From an uncultured Planctomycetaceae bacterium (GTDB taxonomy: Bacteria > Planctomycetota > Planctomycetia > Planctomycetales > Planctomycetaceae): 64,000 bases of DNA. The translations under genes and the position numbers were made by a program. The DNA lies in contig CAWFGE010000011.1 in assembly GCA_963815195.1 (NCBI GenBank), positions 51,756-115,755 of the forward strand. Reading direction: 5' to 3'. The notes beneath the pieces are model-generated. The model saw only the letters and a program-made list of their open reading frames with translations. It had not been told where the DNA came from and searched no databases. Positions within the stretch are counted from its first letter, which is position 1. Each line of letters begins with the position of its first letter. Shown piece by piece: positions 55,979 to 64,000 of the stretch.

Positions 55979-56518
55979 CGCCAGTCCCCGAAAAGTCACC
56001 GTGGTTCTCCCTAACCCTACAATCTGTGAATTCGCCAAACTTTGTATTCATCCTGAATTGCCAAGTCTGGCTCGACTGGCGATGGAATTTACAGGGGGTC
56101 AAAAGATGTGTCAACGGGGAAGGTTTCCGTTGGGGATGCGCTTTGAGCAAACGGCCAAAATCGGTCGCGAAATGGCCGTAAACTACTCCCCAATTCACGG
56201 AAAAGCCGGTAGAACCGCGCCCCTATATGTTCCACAGCTTCCATAGTCCCCGCAGCCGTTAGTTCATGCGCGAGTTTTTGCGTTTTTGCCGCGTTTCTGT
56301 GAGAAATGCTGTCCGGACGCCCTATGGCCGCCTTCGGAAGTTAGGTGCGGCCGAGCCGCGTTCGCTGCCGGGCACGCGTCCTCCGCATCGGGACATCATT
56401 GCGGATGGGGAAACCGGCTCTTATACTCTGCTCATAATGTAAGTCCCGCTGTCCCCGCTTGAAACACAAACCAACCCATCCCTCCTCGCTTGGCTTCTCC
56501 CCGATAAAGGAGTTCTCG

Positions 56519-57789
56519 ATGCTTCGTTCAATGACACGATTCGTCTGCCTGGTGTGGCTTGTCTGCCCCAGTCTTTCCTGGGCCGCCGATAAGGCCCAGA
56601 GCGATTGGCCCGGTTGGCGCGGGCCGAACCGCGACGGGATTTCTCTGGAAAAGGGCCTGCTCGACACCTGGCCCGAAGGCGGCCCGGAGCTGCTCTGGCG
56701 TGTGGACAAGACTTTGGGCAAAGGCTTTTCCAGCGTGGCGATGGCGGACGGGCGGATCTTCACGATCGGCAAACGCGGCCGCGAAGCGGAGTTGATTGCT
56801 TTGGACGAGAACGGCGGCAAGGAACTCTGGTCGGCCCCCGTGGGCGGCGGCGATCCCAACTGCACGCCCACCGTGGACGACGGCCTCGTGTATGCCCTCG
56901 GCCGCGAAGGCGATCTCGTCTGCTGCGAAGCGGCCACAGGGAAAGAAGTCTGGCGGAAGAGCTTTCGGCAGGACTTCGGCGGCAAGATGATGTCCGGCTG
57001 GGGCTACAGCGAATCGCCGCTGATCGACGGCGAGCATTTGATCTGCACGCCCGGGCGCAGGACGCCATCATGGCAGCCCTCGACAAGAAAACCGGCAAAG
57101 TGATCTGGAAAACCGCGATGCCCGAGGACGTCGGCAACCGCGGCAAGGACGGGGCCGCTTATTCCTCCGTCGTCATCAGCAACGCCGGCGGCGTCAAACA
57201 GTACGTGCAACTCACCGGCCGCGGCGTGATCTCGGCCGATGCCAAGACCGGCCAACTGCTCTGGGGCTATAACAAAATCGCCAACGGCACCGCGAACATC
57301 CCCACGCCGATCGTGGACGGCGATTCTGTGTTCTGCTCCACGGGCTACGGCACCGGGGCGGCGTTACTGCAAATCACCAAGAACCGCGGAAAGCTCGAGG
57401 CCCGCGAAGTCTATTTCCTCAGTGGAAAAGATTTTCAAAACCATCACGGCGGGATGATCCTGATCGACGGCTACATCTACTGCGGCCGCGGACACAACTC
57501 GGGCTTTCCCGTCTGCATCAACATGAAAACCGGAAAGGAAGCCTGGAACGGCGGACGCGGACCCGGCGGCGGATCCGCGGCGGTCGTGTATGCCGACGGC
57601 AACCTTTACTTCCGCTACGAGAATGGCGTGATGGCCCTCATCGAAGCCACGCCCAAAAAGTACAACCTCAAAGGGCAGTTCCAGATCGACTCCAACAACG
57701 GCCGAAGCTGGCCGCACCCGGTCATCCACGAAGGCAAACTCTACCTCCGCGATCAGGGCACGTTGTTGTGCTACGACATCAAAAAGTAA
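56519..57789 (+). CDS. PQQ-binding-like beta-propeller protein; frameshift near 57055
   Basis: DWPGWRGPNRDG, WGYSESPLID and SWPHPVIHEGKLYLRDQ motifs. Confidence 0.9.
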
Positions 57790-57926
57790 AGGCGAGCGGG
57801 GGGTGTCAGCCCCCCGGTCATTCACGATCGCGCGATGAGACAATGATCCGCGATCGTCCCGCCTTCAGCCATTTCACCTCAACCTAGACTTCCACGAAAC
57901 CGGGGGGCTGACACCCCCCGCTCGCC
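57788..57926. repeat. Family A REP-like doublet
   Basis: Arms at 57788-57820 and 57899-57926. Confidence 0.85.
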
Positions 57927-57953
57927 CGGGGTTTTATTAGCACTCACCGAAGC

Positions 57954-59204
57954 ATGTCCACCAAGCCGTTGCCGTTTTCGGAATCGCAGATCCGCGAGAT
58001 TCAAAAGACCTGGCCCACGCCGTTTTATCTCTACGATGAAGCCGCGATCCGCGCAAACGCGCAAAGGCTCAACAAGGCGTTCTCCTGGTGCGAGGCGTTT
58101 AAAGAATACTTCGCCGTCAAAGCCACGCCCAATCCGCATCTGCTCAAGATTCTAAAGAGCGAAGGCTTCGGCGGGGATTGCTCCAGCCTCGCGGAACTCG
58201 TGCTCTGCGAGAAAGTCGGCATCACCGGCGAAGACGTGATGTTCACCTCCAACGAAACGCCCGCGTACGAATACCAAAAAGCGAAAGACCTCGGGGCGAT
58301 TTTTAACCTCGACGACATTACGCACATCGAGTACCTGGAGAAAACCATCGGGCTGCCGGAGGTGCTTTCCGTCCGCTATAACCCCGGCCCGCTGCGGGAA
58401 GGCAATGCGATCATCGGCAACCCCGAAGAAGCCAAGTACGGCCTGATGCGGGAGCAGATATTCGAAGCCTATCAGCTCGCCCAGAAGAAAGGCGTCAAAC
58501 GCTTCGGGCTGCATTCGATGGTGGCTTCCAATGAACTCAATCTCGACTTCTTCGTGGAAACCGCGCGGATGCTCTTCGAACTGGCCCGCGAAGTCGCCGA
58601 GCGGTTGGATATCCGCCTGGAGTTTATCAACCTCGGCGGCGGCATCGGCATTCCGTATCGCCCCGAGCAACAGCCCGTCGATCTGGAGCGCCTGAGCGCG
58701 GGCATCCAAGAGCTTTACAACGAGATGATCAAGCCGGCGGGCCTCGATCCGCTCAAGATCTACATGGAAAACGGGCGGTGCATCACGGGGCCTTACGGGT
58801 ATCTCGTCACGCAGGCGATTCACGAAAAGCATATTTACAAGAACTACGTCGGCGTGGATGCCTGCATGGCGAACCTCATGCGGCCCGGCATGTACGGGGC
58901 CTATCATCATATTACAGTGCTGGGAAAAGAAGACGCCCCCGCGACCGAGACGCTGGACGTCGTCGGCTCGCTGTGCGAGAACAACGACAAGTTCGCCATC
59001 GACCGCCAGCTCCCCAAGATCGAGCGCGGCGACCTGCTCGTGATCCACGATGCCGGGGCCCACGGGCATGCGATGGGCTTTCAGTACAACGGCAAACTCC
59101 GCTGTGCCGAGCTGCTGCTCCGTCCCGACGGCAGCGTCAAACAAATCCGCCGCGCCGAAACCCTCGACGATTACTTCGCCACCGTGGATTTCTCCGAGGT
59201 TTAA
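57954..59204 (+). CDS. lysA: Diaminopimelate decarboxylase
   Basis: PTPFYLYDE, FAVKATP, NLGGG, ENGR, GSLCENNDKFA and GFQYNGKLR motifs. Confidence 0.9.
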   Translation: MSTKPLPFSESQIREIQKTWPTPFYLYDEAAIRANAQRLNKAFSWCEAFKEYFAVKATPNPHLLKILKSEGFGGDCSSLAELVLCEKVGITGEDVMFTSNETPAYEYQKAKDLGAIFNLDDITHIEYLEKTIGLPEVLSVRYNPGPLREGNAIIGNPEEAKYGLMREQIFEAYQLAQKKGVKRFGLHSMVASNELNLDFFVETARMLFELAREVAERLDIRLEFINLGGGIGIPYRPEQQPVDLERLSAGIQELYNEMIKPAGLDPLKIYMENGRCITGPYGYLVTQAIHEKHIYKNYVGVDACMANLMRPGMYGAYHHITVLGKEDAPATETLDVVGSLCENNDKFAIDRQLPKIERGDLLVIHDAGAHGHAMGFQYNGKLRCAELLLRPDGSVKQIRRAETLDDYFATVDFSEV

Positions 59205-59282
59205 GTAGGGCGGGCATCGCCCACCAAAACACGGTGGGTATGGCCCGCCACAACGAAAAATGGTGGGCGGTGCCCACCCTAC
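59205..59282. repeat. GTAG-type REP doublet
   Basis: GTAGGGCGGGCATCGCCCACCA...TGGTGGGCGGTGCCCACCCTAC, same family as 36442-36504. Confidence 0.85.
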
Positions 59283-59301
59283 TCTTGGAACGAGCCTGCC
59301 C

Positions 59302-59637
59302 ATGCCTTTGTCGCAATACGTGTTATTCCTCGCTGAAACCCCGGCCGCCGGCGGGGGCGATCGATTGATGCTGTTGTTTACCGTGTTCGTGCTGGCGGTG
59401 TTTGTGGGGTTTGAGATCATCACCAAAATCCCGCCCACGCTGCATACGCCGTTGATGTCCGGCTCCAATGCCATCTCCGGGATTACCTTGATCGGGGCCC
59501 TGTTGTCGCTGAAAGTCGGCGATCCGGGTTTGTCGAAAGCCCTCGGCTGCCTCGCGGTGATCTTCGCCACCATGAACGTCGTGGGCGGCTTTCTGGTCAC
59601 CCACCGCATGCTGGGCATGTTCCGCAAGCGGAAATAA
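59302..59637 (+). CDS. pntA2: NAD(P) transhydrogenase subunit alpha part 2
   Basis: PPTLHTPLMSGSNAISG and NVVGGFLVTHRMLGMF motifs. Confidence 0.92.
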   Translation: MPLSQYVLFLAETPAAGGGDRLMLLFTVFVLAVFVGFEIITKIPPTLHTPLMSGSNAISGITLIGALLSLKVGDPGLSKALGCLAVIFATMNVVGGFLVTHRMLGMFRKRK

Positions 59638-59718
59638 TTTTTGAACCACGAAGACACGAAGGAAATGGACCACGAAATTCGCGGTCAAACTCATCCCGCC
59701 TGAGCGAAGGAAGCCACT

Positions 59719-61101
59719 GTGACGTCCGCTGTGACCGACTTTTCGTACCTTATCGCGGCCGTGCTGTTTATTCTCGGCCTGAAAGGGCTGACGCATCCCC
59801 GCACCGCGGTCCGCGGGAATGTGTTGGGGGCGCTGGGCATGCTGGTCGCGGTCGTCGTCACGTTGTCCGAAGCCGGCTTCGACTTCACTTTGATTGCCGG
59901 GGGCCTCGTCATCGGGACAATCATCGGCGCGGTGATGGCGGTGCGGATTCAAATGACCGCCATGCCCCAGCTCGTGGCGCTCTTCAACGGCTTCGGCGGC
60001 GGTGCCTCTGTCTTGGTGGCCGGGGCCTATCTATTTGCCTCCCCGGATTTGAAGATCGTAGGCGCCGAGACGCTCATCGCCACCGCGGCTTCGGGATTGA
60101 TCGGGGCGGTGACGTTCTCCGGCAGCCTCGTCGCGTTCGGAAAACTGCAGGAGCTGAAGTTCGTCAAGGATGTCCGCTTCTCCGGGCAGCAATTGTTGAA
60201 CCTCGTTTTAGCCGTGGTCTGCCTCGGGCTTTGCACCTGGCTGGTGACTGCGCCCGGATCGGCGAACGCCGCCTATTGGATCATGTCGGTCGTTGCCTTG
60301 GCGCTCGGCGTGTTTCTGGTGATCTCGATCGGCGGGGCCGACATGCCGGTGGTGATCGCGCTTCTCAACTCGTATTCCGGACTGGCCGCCGCGGCCACGG
60401 GGTTCGTGCTGGAGAATAACGTGCTGATCGTTGCGGGCTCGCTGGTGGGGGCATCGGGATTGATCCTCACGCAGATCATGTGCGTCGCCATGAACCGCAG
60501 CTTGCCCGCGGTCCTCTTCGGCACGCTCCAAGCCGGCGGCCACGTGCAGTCGGCCGAGGAAGTTTACACGAACGTCAAATCGACCTCGGCGGATGAAGTC
60601 GCGATGATGCTCGACGTCGCCCAGCGGGTTGTGTTCGTGCCGGGCTACGGCATGGCAGTCGCCCAGGCGCAGCACGCCGTCCGCGATCTGACCAACGAGC
60701 TCCTCTCCCGCGGCGTGGAGGTGGAGTTTGGGATTCATCCCGTCGCCGGGCGAATGCCGGGGCATATGAACGTGCTTTTGGCCGAGGCCGACATCGACTA
60801 CGACCGCCTCAAGGAGATGGACGACATCAACCCCACGCTGGACCAGGCGGACGTGTGCATTGTGGTGGGGGCGAACGACGTGGTGAACCCCATCGCCCGC
60901 ACCGATCCCCAAAGCCCGATCGCGGGCATGCCGATCATCGATGTGGACAAAGCCCGCACGGTGGTGGTCATCAAGCGGAGCCTTAGCCCCGGTTTCGCGG
61001 GCATCCCCAACCCGCTCTTCTCCGCCGACAACACGCTGATGCTCTTCGGCGACGGCCGCCAGGCGATCATGGACATCACCAAAGCCCTCCAGGAGAGCTA
61101 G
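59719..61101 (+). CDS. pntB: NAD(P) transhydrogenase subunit beta
   Basis: MTAMPQLVA, IGGADMPVVI, VPGYGMAVAQAQH and HPVAGRMPGHMNVLLAEA motifs. Confidence 0.96.
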   Translation: MTSAVTDFSYLIAAVLFILGLKGLTHPRTAVRGNVLGALGMLVAVVVTLSEAGFDFTLIAGGLVIGTIIGAVMAVRIQMTAMPQLVALFNGFGGGASVLVAGAYLFASPDLKIVGAETLIATAASGLIGAVTFSGSLVAFGKLQELKFVKDVRFSGQQLLNLVLAVVCLGLCTWLVTAPGSANAAYWIMSVVALALGVFLVISIGGADMPVVIALLNSYSGLAAAATGFVLENNVLIVAGSLVGASGLILTQIMCVAMNRSLPAVLFGTLQAGGHVQSAEEVYTNVKSTSADEVAMMLDVAQRVVFVPGYGMAVAQAQHAVRDLTNELLSRGVEVEFGIHPVAGRMPGHMNVLLAEADIDYDRLKEMDDINPTLDQADVCIVVGANDVVNPIARTDPQSPIAGMPIIDVDKARTVVVIKRSLSPGFAGIPNPLFSADNTLMLFGDGRQAIMDITKALQES

Positions 61102-61190
61102 AAAGCAGCTCCGCAAGAAGGGCGGCCTCCCATTAGCCGCAGGGGGGCACCGCCCGCAGGGTGGTCCGCCCCGGTTTGGACAGCGGCACG

Positions 61191-61865
61191 CTACGGTTCC
61201 ACGCGGGTTAAAAAGTACCAGGTTCCGAGCGAAAAACCGACAATGCCGAGCAGCGGGCAGATCATGGAATAGATCGCACCGGCATTCTCTCCCAGCGCGG
61301 GAAGCTCCAGGGCAAATGCTCCGAAATTCAAGCCCAGCCAGATCAGCAAGGGCGAAACGAGGCCGCCGGCCACGGCGAATGTCGGGCTCGATTGGAACGC
61401 CGAGATGCCCCAGCTCACGCCGTAGATCATTAAATTGGAGAGGGCGAGGTAGGGAAGGATTTCGCCCTCGTCGCGAAATTCCATCGAGTCCCGGAAAACG
61501 ATGCGGTGCAGACACCAGAACACGCCGAGATTCACGCCCCAAATCACCGCCGTCGCGGAAACGGACAAGCTGATCTTGCTAATAAACCGGCGCATCCGGG
61601 ACACCGGCAGATACGCCATGAACTCCGCCGAGCGATCCGCCCGCTCCCCCGCGATCGCATTGCCGGCCAGAAGCGCCGCCGTCAGTTGGGAGAGAATCAA
61701 GCTATACCAGCTCGCCGCGGCCATTTCACCAGCATGAGCCAAAACCCGCCGATGTGTCCACAAGTCCCCGATCAAGGCGAACAAATAGGGCAAAAGCAAA
61801 AGGACGATTCCCGCAATCACGATCAACCGGTTGAGGCGGTATTCTCGCCAGAGAAGCCATTTCAT
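61191..61865 (-). CDS. ABC transporter permease, paralog 2
   Basis: Multi-TM protein; MKWLLWREYR and AGERADRSAEFMAYLPVSR motifs. Confidence 0.85.
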   Translation of the reverse strand: MKWLLWREYRLNRLIVIAGIVLLLLPYLFALIGDLWTHRRVLAHAGEMAAASWYSLILSQLTAALLAGNAIAGERADRSAEFMAYLPVSRMRRFISKISLSVSATAVIWGVNLGVFWCLHRIVFRDSMEFRDEGEILPYLALSNLMIYGVSWGISAFQSSPTFAVAGGLVSPLLIWLGLNFGAFALELPALGENAGAIYSMICPLLGIVGFSLGTWYFLTRVEP

Positions 61866-61898
61866 GCTTTGCCCTTTCGTCCGCTGATGATGTCCATT

Positions 61899-62540
61899 TT
61901 ATGCTTCCACTTGATGCAAATAATGCCAGGTCCCGAACGCGAATCCCGCGATGCCGATCGGGGTGCAGATGCTCGGGTAAATGGTTTCAAAATTCTTTTC
62001 CAGCAACGCCAACTGGAACACGTAACCTCCATAAAACAGGCCCATGAAAATCAAAATGGGAGCGACAACTCCGCCGGCGACGGCGTACGTGGGACTGGAT
62101 TGAATCGCTGAGATGCCCCAGGCAACGCCATACATTGCAAGCCCCGTCATGGCGACATTCGTCAGGAACAGAGGAGTGCCCCGAGAAGCAAGCCTGCAAA
62201 CCCAGAGAATCAAAAGGTTCGTCCCCCAAATTGAGACGACGATGATAAACGCCAGACTCAACTTGCTGATGAACCGCCGAAGCCGGGACACAGGCAGATA
62301 GGCCATAAATTCGGCCGAGCGATCCGACCGTTCCCCAGCCATCGCGTTCCCTGCCAACAGAACGAACGTCACTGGGGAAAGAAGGAGGCTGAATTTCGCC
62401 GCCGATGTGAAGATTCCTCTGAGATGATGCGAGATTCCTCGATCCGCGATCAGCAGCAAATAGGGAAACACCAATAGCACGGCCCCAATGCCCAGAAGCA
62501 GCCGGTTCCGGCGGTATTCTCTCCAGAGGAGCCATTTCAT
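61899..62540 (-). CDS. ABC transporter permease, paralog 1
   Basis: Multi-TM protein; MKWLLWREYR and AGERSDRSAEFMAYLPVSR motifs. Confidence 0.85.
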   Translation of the reverse strand: MKWLLWREYRRNRLLLGIGAVLLVFPYLLLIADRGISHHLRGIFTSAAKFSLLLSPVTFVLLAGNAMAGERSDRSAEFMAYLPVSRLRRFISKLSLAFIIVVSIWGTNLLILWVCRLASRGTPLFLTNVAMTGLAMYGVAWGISAIQSSPTYAVAGGVVAPILIFMGLFYGGYVFQLALLEKNFETIYPSICTPIGIAGFAFGTWHYLHQVEA

Positions 62541-63453
62541 GGCGGTGCCCTTTCGGCCTTTGACAAAATCCTTGAAAAGATCTTCGAGGCCAATGTCGAT
62601 GACCTCCGCGTGTTCGACGCCGGTTTGCGGCGCGAAGTTGTTCCAGCATCTCCGGTTGGAAGTCCGTCACGGTAATCAGCCACTCCCGGCCTTGCAGTCG
62701 CTGCCAGATGATGGATTCCGGCTTTTTGTCAGGCGGTTTGCCTTCGGTGAGTGTGATGCGGATTCGCTTGGTCGTCGCGAGCAGGTCTTCGATGTTTTTA
62801 TGGATCAAGAGCCGGCCGCCGTAGAGAATGCCCACGGTATCCGCCAGCCGCTGCACATCATCGAGCGAATGCGTCGAGAACACGACCGTCTGCCCGCGTT
62901 CGCAAATCGTCCGCAGCACGCCGTCCAAAAATTCCTCGCGGGCCAAGGGATCGAGCCCGGCCATCGGCTCATCGAGCAGCAAAACCTCCGGCTCGTGCGA
63001 GACGGCGAGCACCAGCGAGAGCTTGACGAGCATCCCCCGCGACAGGTGCTTGACTTTTTTTTCGAGGCTCAGTTCGAAGAGAGCCGTCAGCTCCCGGCAG
63101 GTTTCTTCGTTCCATTTGTCGTAAAGAGACCTGCAAAAGCCCAGGGCTTCGCGAACCCGCATCCAGCGGTCGATGTAATGCCCATCCGGGACGTAGCCCA
63201 CGCGCTGTTTGACCGTCAAAGGCTCGGCGAATACGTCCAGGCCCAGCATCGTCGCGGTGCCTTTGGTCGGGCGCAGGAGGCCCATCAGCATTTTGATCGT
63301 GGTCGTCTTGCCCGCTCCGTTCGGCCCCAGCAGCCCGAACGTGCTGCCCCGCTTCACGGTGAGCGAAAGGTCGTCGACCGCCGTCTCGCGGCCGAATTGC
63401 TTGGTGAGACCGGAAAGCCTGATGGCGGCATCGTCGTCGGCGAGGGTTGTCAT
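62537..63453 (-). CDS. ABC transporter ATP-binding protein; frameshift near 62622
   Basis: GPNGAGKTT, LSRGM and LLLDEP motifs; tail IGLEDLFKDFVKG lies in a shifted frame. Confidence 0.9.
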
Positions 63454-63842
63454 TGGGATTTCTCCAGTTCGGTTTCGCGGGCCTTGAGCCTCTCGTTAAA
63501 CACGCTTTTGAGTTCCTTCGCATTCATCCCCGCCGAGATCCCGGCCCGGATGCCCTCGTCAAAAGACCGGCGGACCACTTCGCCGGCTTGGGTGAGGGCG
63601 TCGCTTTTGGCTTTCTCGGCGACGAACAGCCCCTTGCCTCGCTGGGCATAGATCAAGCCGCCGCGGGCCAATTCGTCATAAGCCCGCTGCACGGTGTTGG
63701 GGTTGACCTGAATCTCCAAAGCCAGCGTCCGGAGCGAAGGCAGCGAATCGCCGGGCCGATACACCCCCGCCGCAACCGCTTCGCGAATGCCGTCGGCGAT
63801 TTGCAGGTAGATGGGGATATGACTTCTGGGATCGATTTTCAC
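63450..63842 (-). CDS. GntR (YtrA-subfamily) transcriptional regulator
   Basis: PIYLQI...LPSLRTLA..VNPNTVQRAY...RGKGLFV; GTG start with AGGAG RBS. Confidence 0.92.
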   Translation of the reverse strand: MKIDPRSHIPIYLQIADGIREAVAAGVYRPGDSLPSLRTLALEIQVNPNTVQRAYDELARGGLIYAQRGKGLFVAEKAKSDALTQAGEVVRRSFDEGIRAGISAGMNAKELKSVFNERLKARETELEKSQ

Positions 63843-63859
63843 GCTGGGAATTGCTCCTG

Positions 63860-63883
63860 ACTGCATTAGTGACCTAATGCAGT
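63860..63883. promoter_or_regulatory. Probable GntR/YtrA operator
   Basis: Perfect inverted repeat ACTGCATTAG-TGAC-CTAATGCAGT immediately upstream of the RBS. Confidence 0.75.
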
Positions 63884-64000
63884 GTTTCAGGGTAACCCGA
63901 TGGACTTTGGAAGTCAAGAACATTTCATAAAAAGCGATTGGGTGGCGAAGCGAAGGGGGCGGCGATCGCACAAACCACGCCCTTCGTTCCTCAGAGCGTG

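Noticed and set aside
61899..63453. ABC ATPase-permease fusion
   Set aside because: The in-frame junction depends on indel-prone sequence, and the paralogous junction at ~61865 shows a stop with an ATGA overlap.

Overview
GC-rich bacterial chromosome segment, most likely Planctomycetota (DUF1501, DUF1080, PVC-type heme-binding CxxCH protein, sulfatase, PQQ-like beta-propeller, Uma2 nuclease, several sigma factors). The backbone is housekeeping: tyrA, purL, moaD/moaE, gltB/gltD with a LysR gene, pspA, obgE, lysA, pntA2/pntB and a GntR-ABC operon. About 15 single-base frameshifts fall in otherwise intact genes and look like long-read assembly indels. Intergenic regions are saturated with at least eight families of short palindromic or tandem repeats, including GTAG-type REP doublets. 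The most striking structure is repeated duplication of a gene's 3' end around foreign cargo, with no integrase in the window. (i) An 84-bp perfect direct repeat of the larA-like gene end brackets a ~6.5-kb island. It holds a 5'-truncated polymorphic toxin, a probable immunity gene and a 3'-truncated Clp ATPase, both truncations falling at palindromic repeats, plus an IS1380 inserted in a REP doublet. (ii) A ~100-bp copy of the Uma2 gene end brackets an orphan ORF and is followed by a DUF4365 gene. (iii) A second ABC permease paralog is preceded by a remnant of an ATPase 3' end. There is also an uncharacterised operon encoding an ATP-grasp ligase, a PLP enzyme and a second LysA-like decarboxylase. 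All family assignments come from motif recognition by eye, not from database searches.
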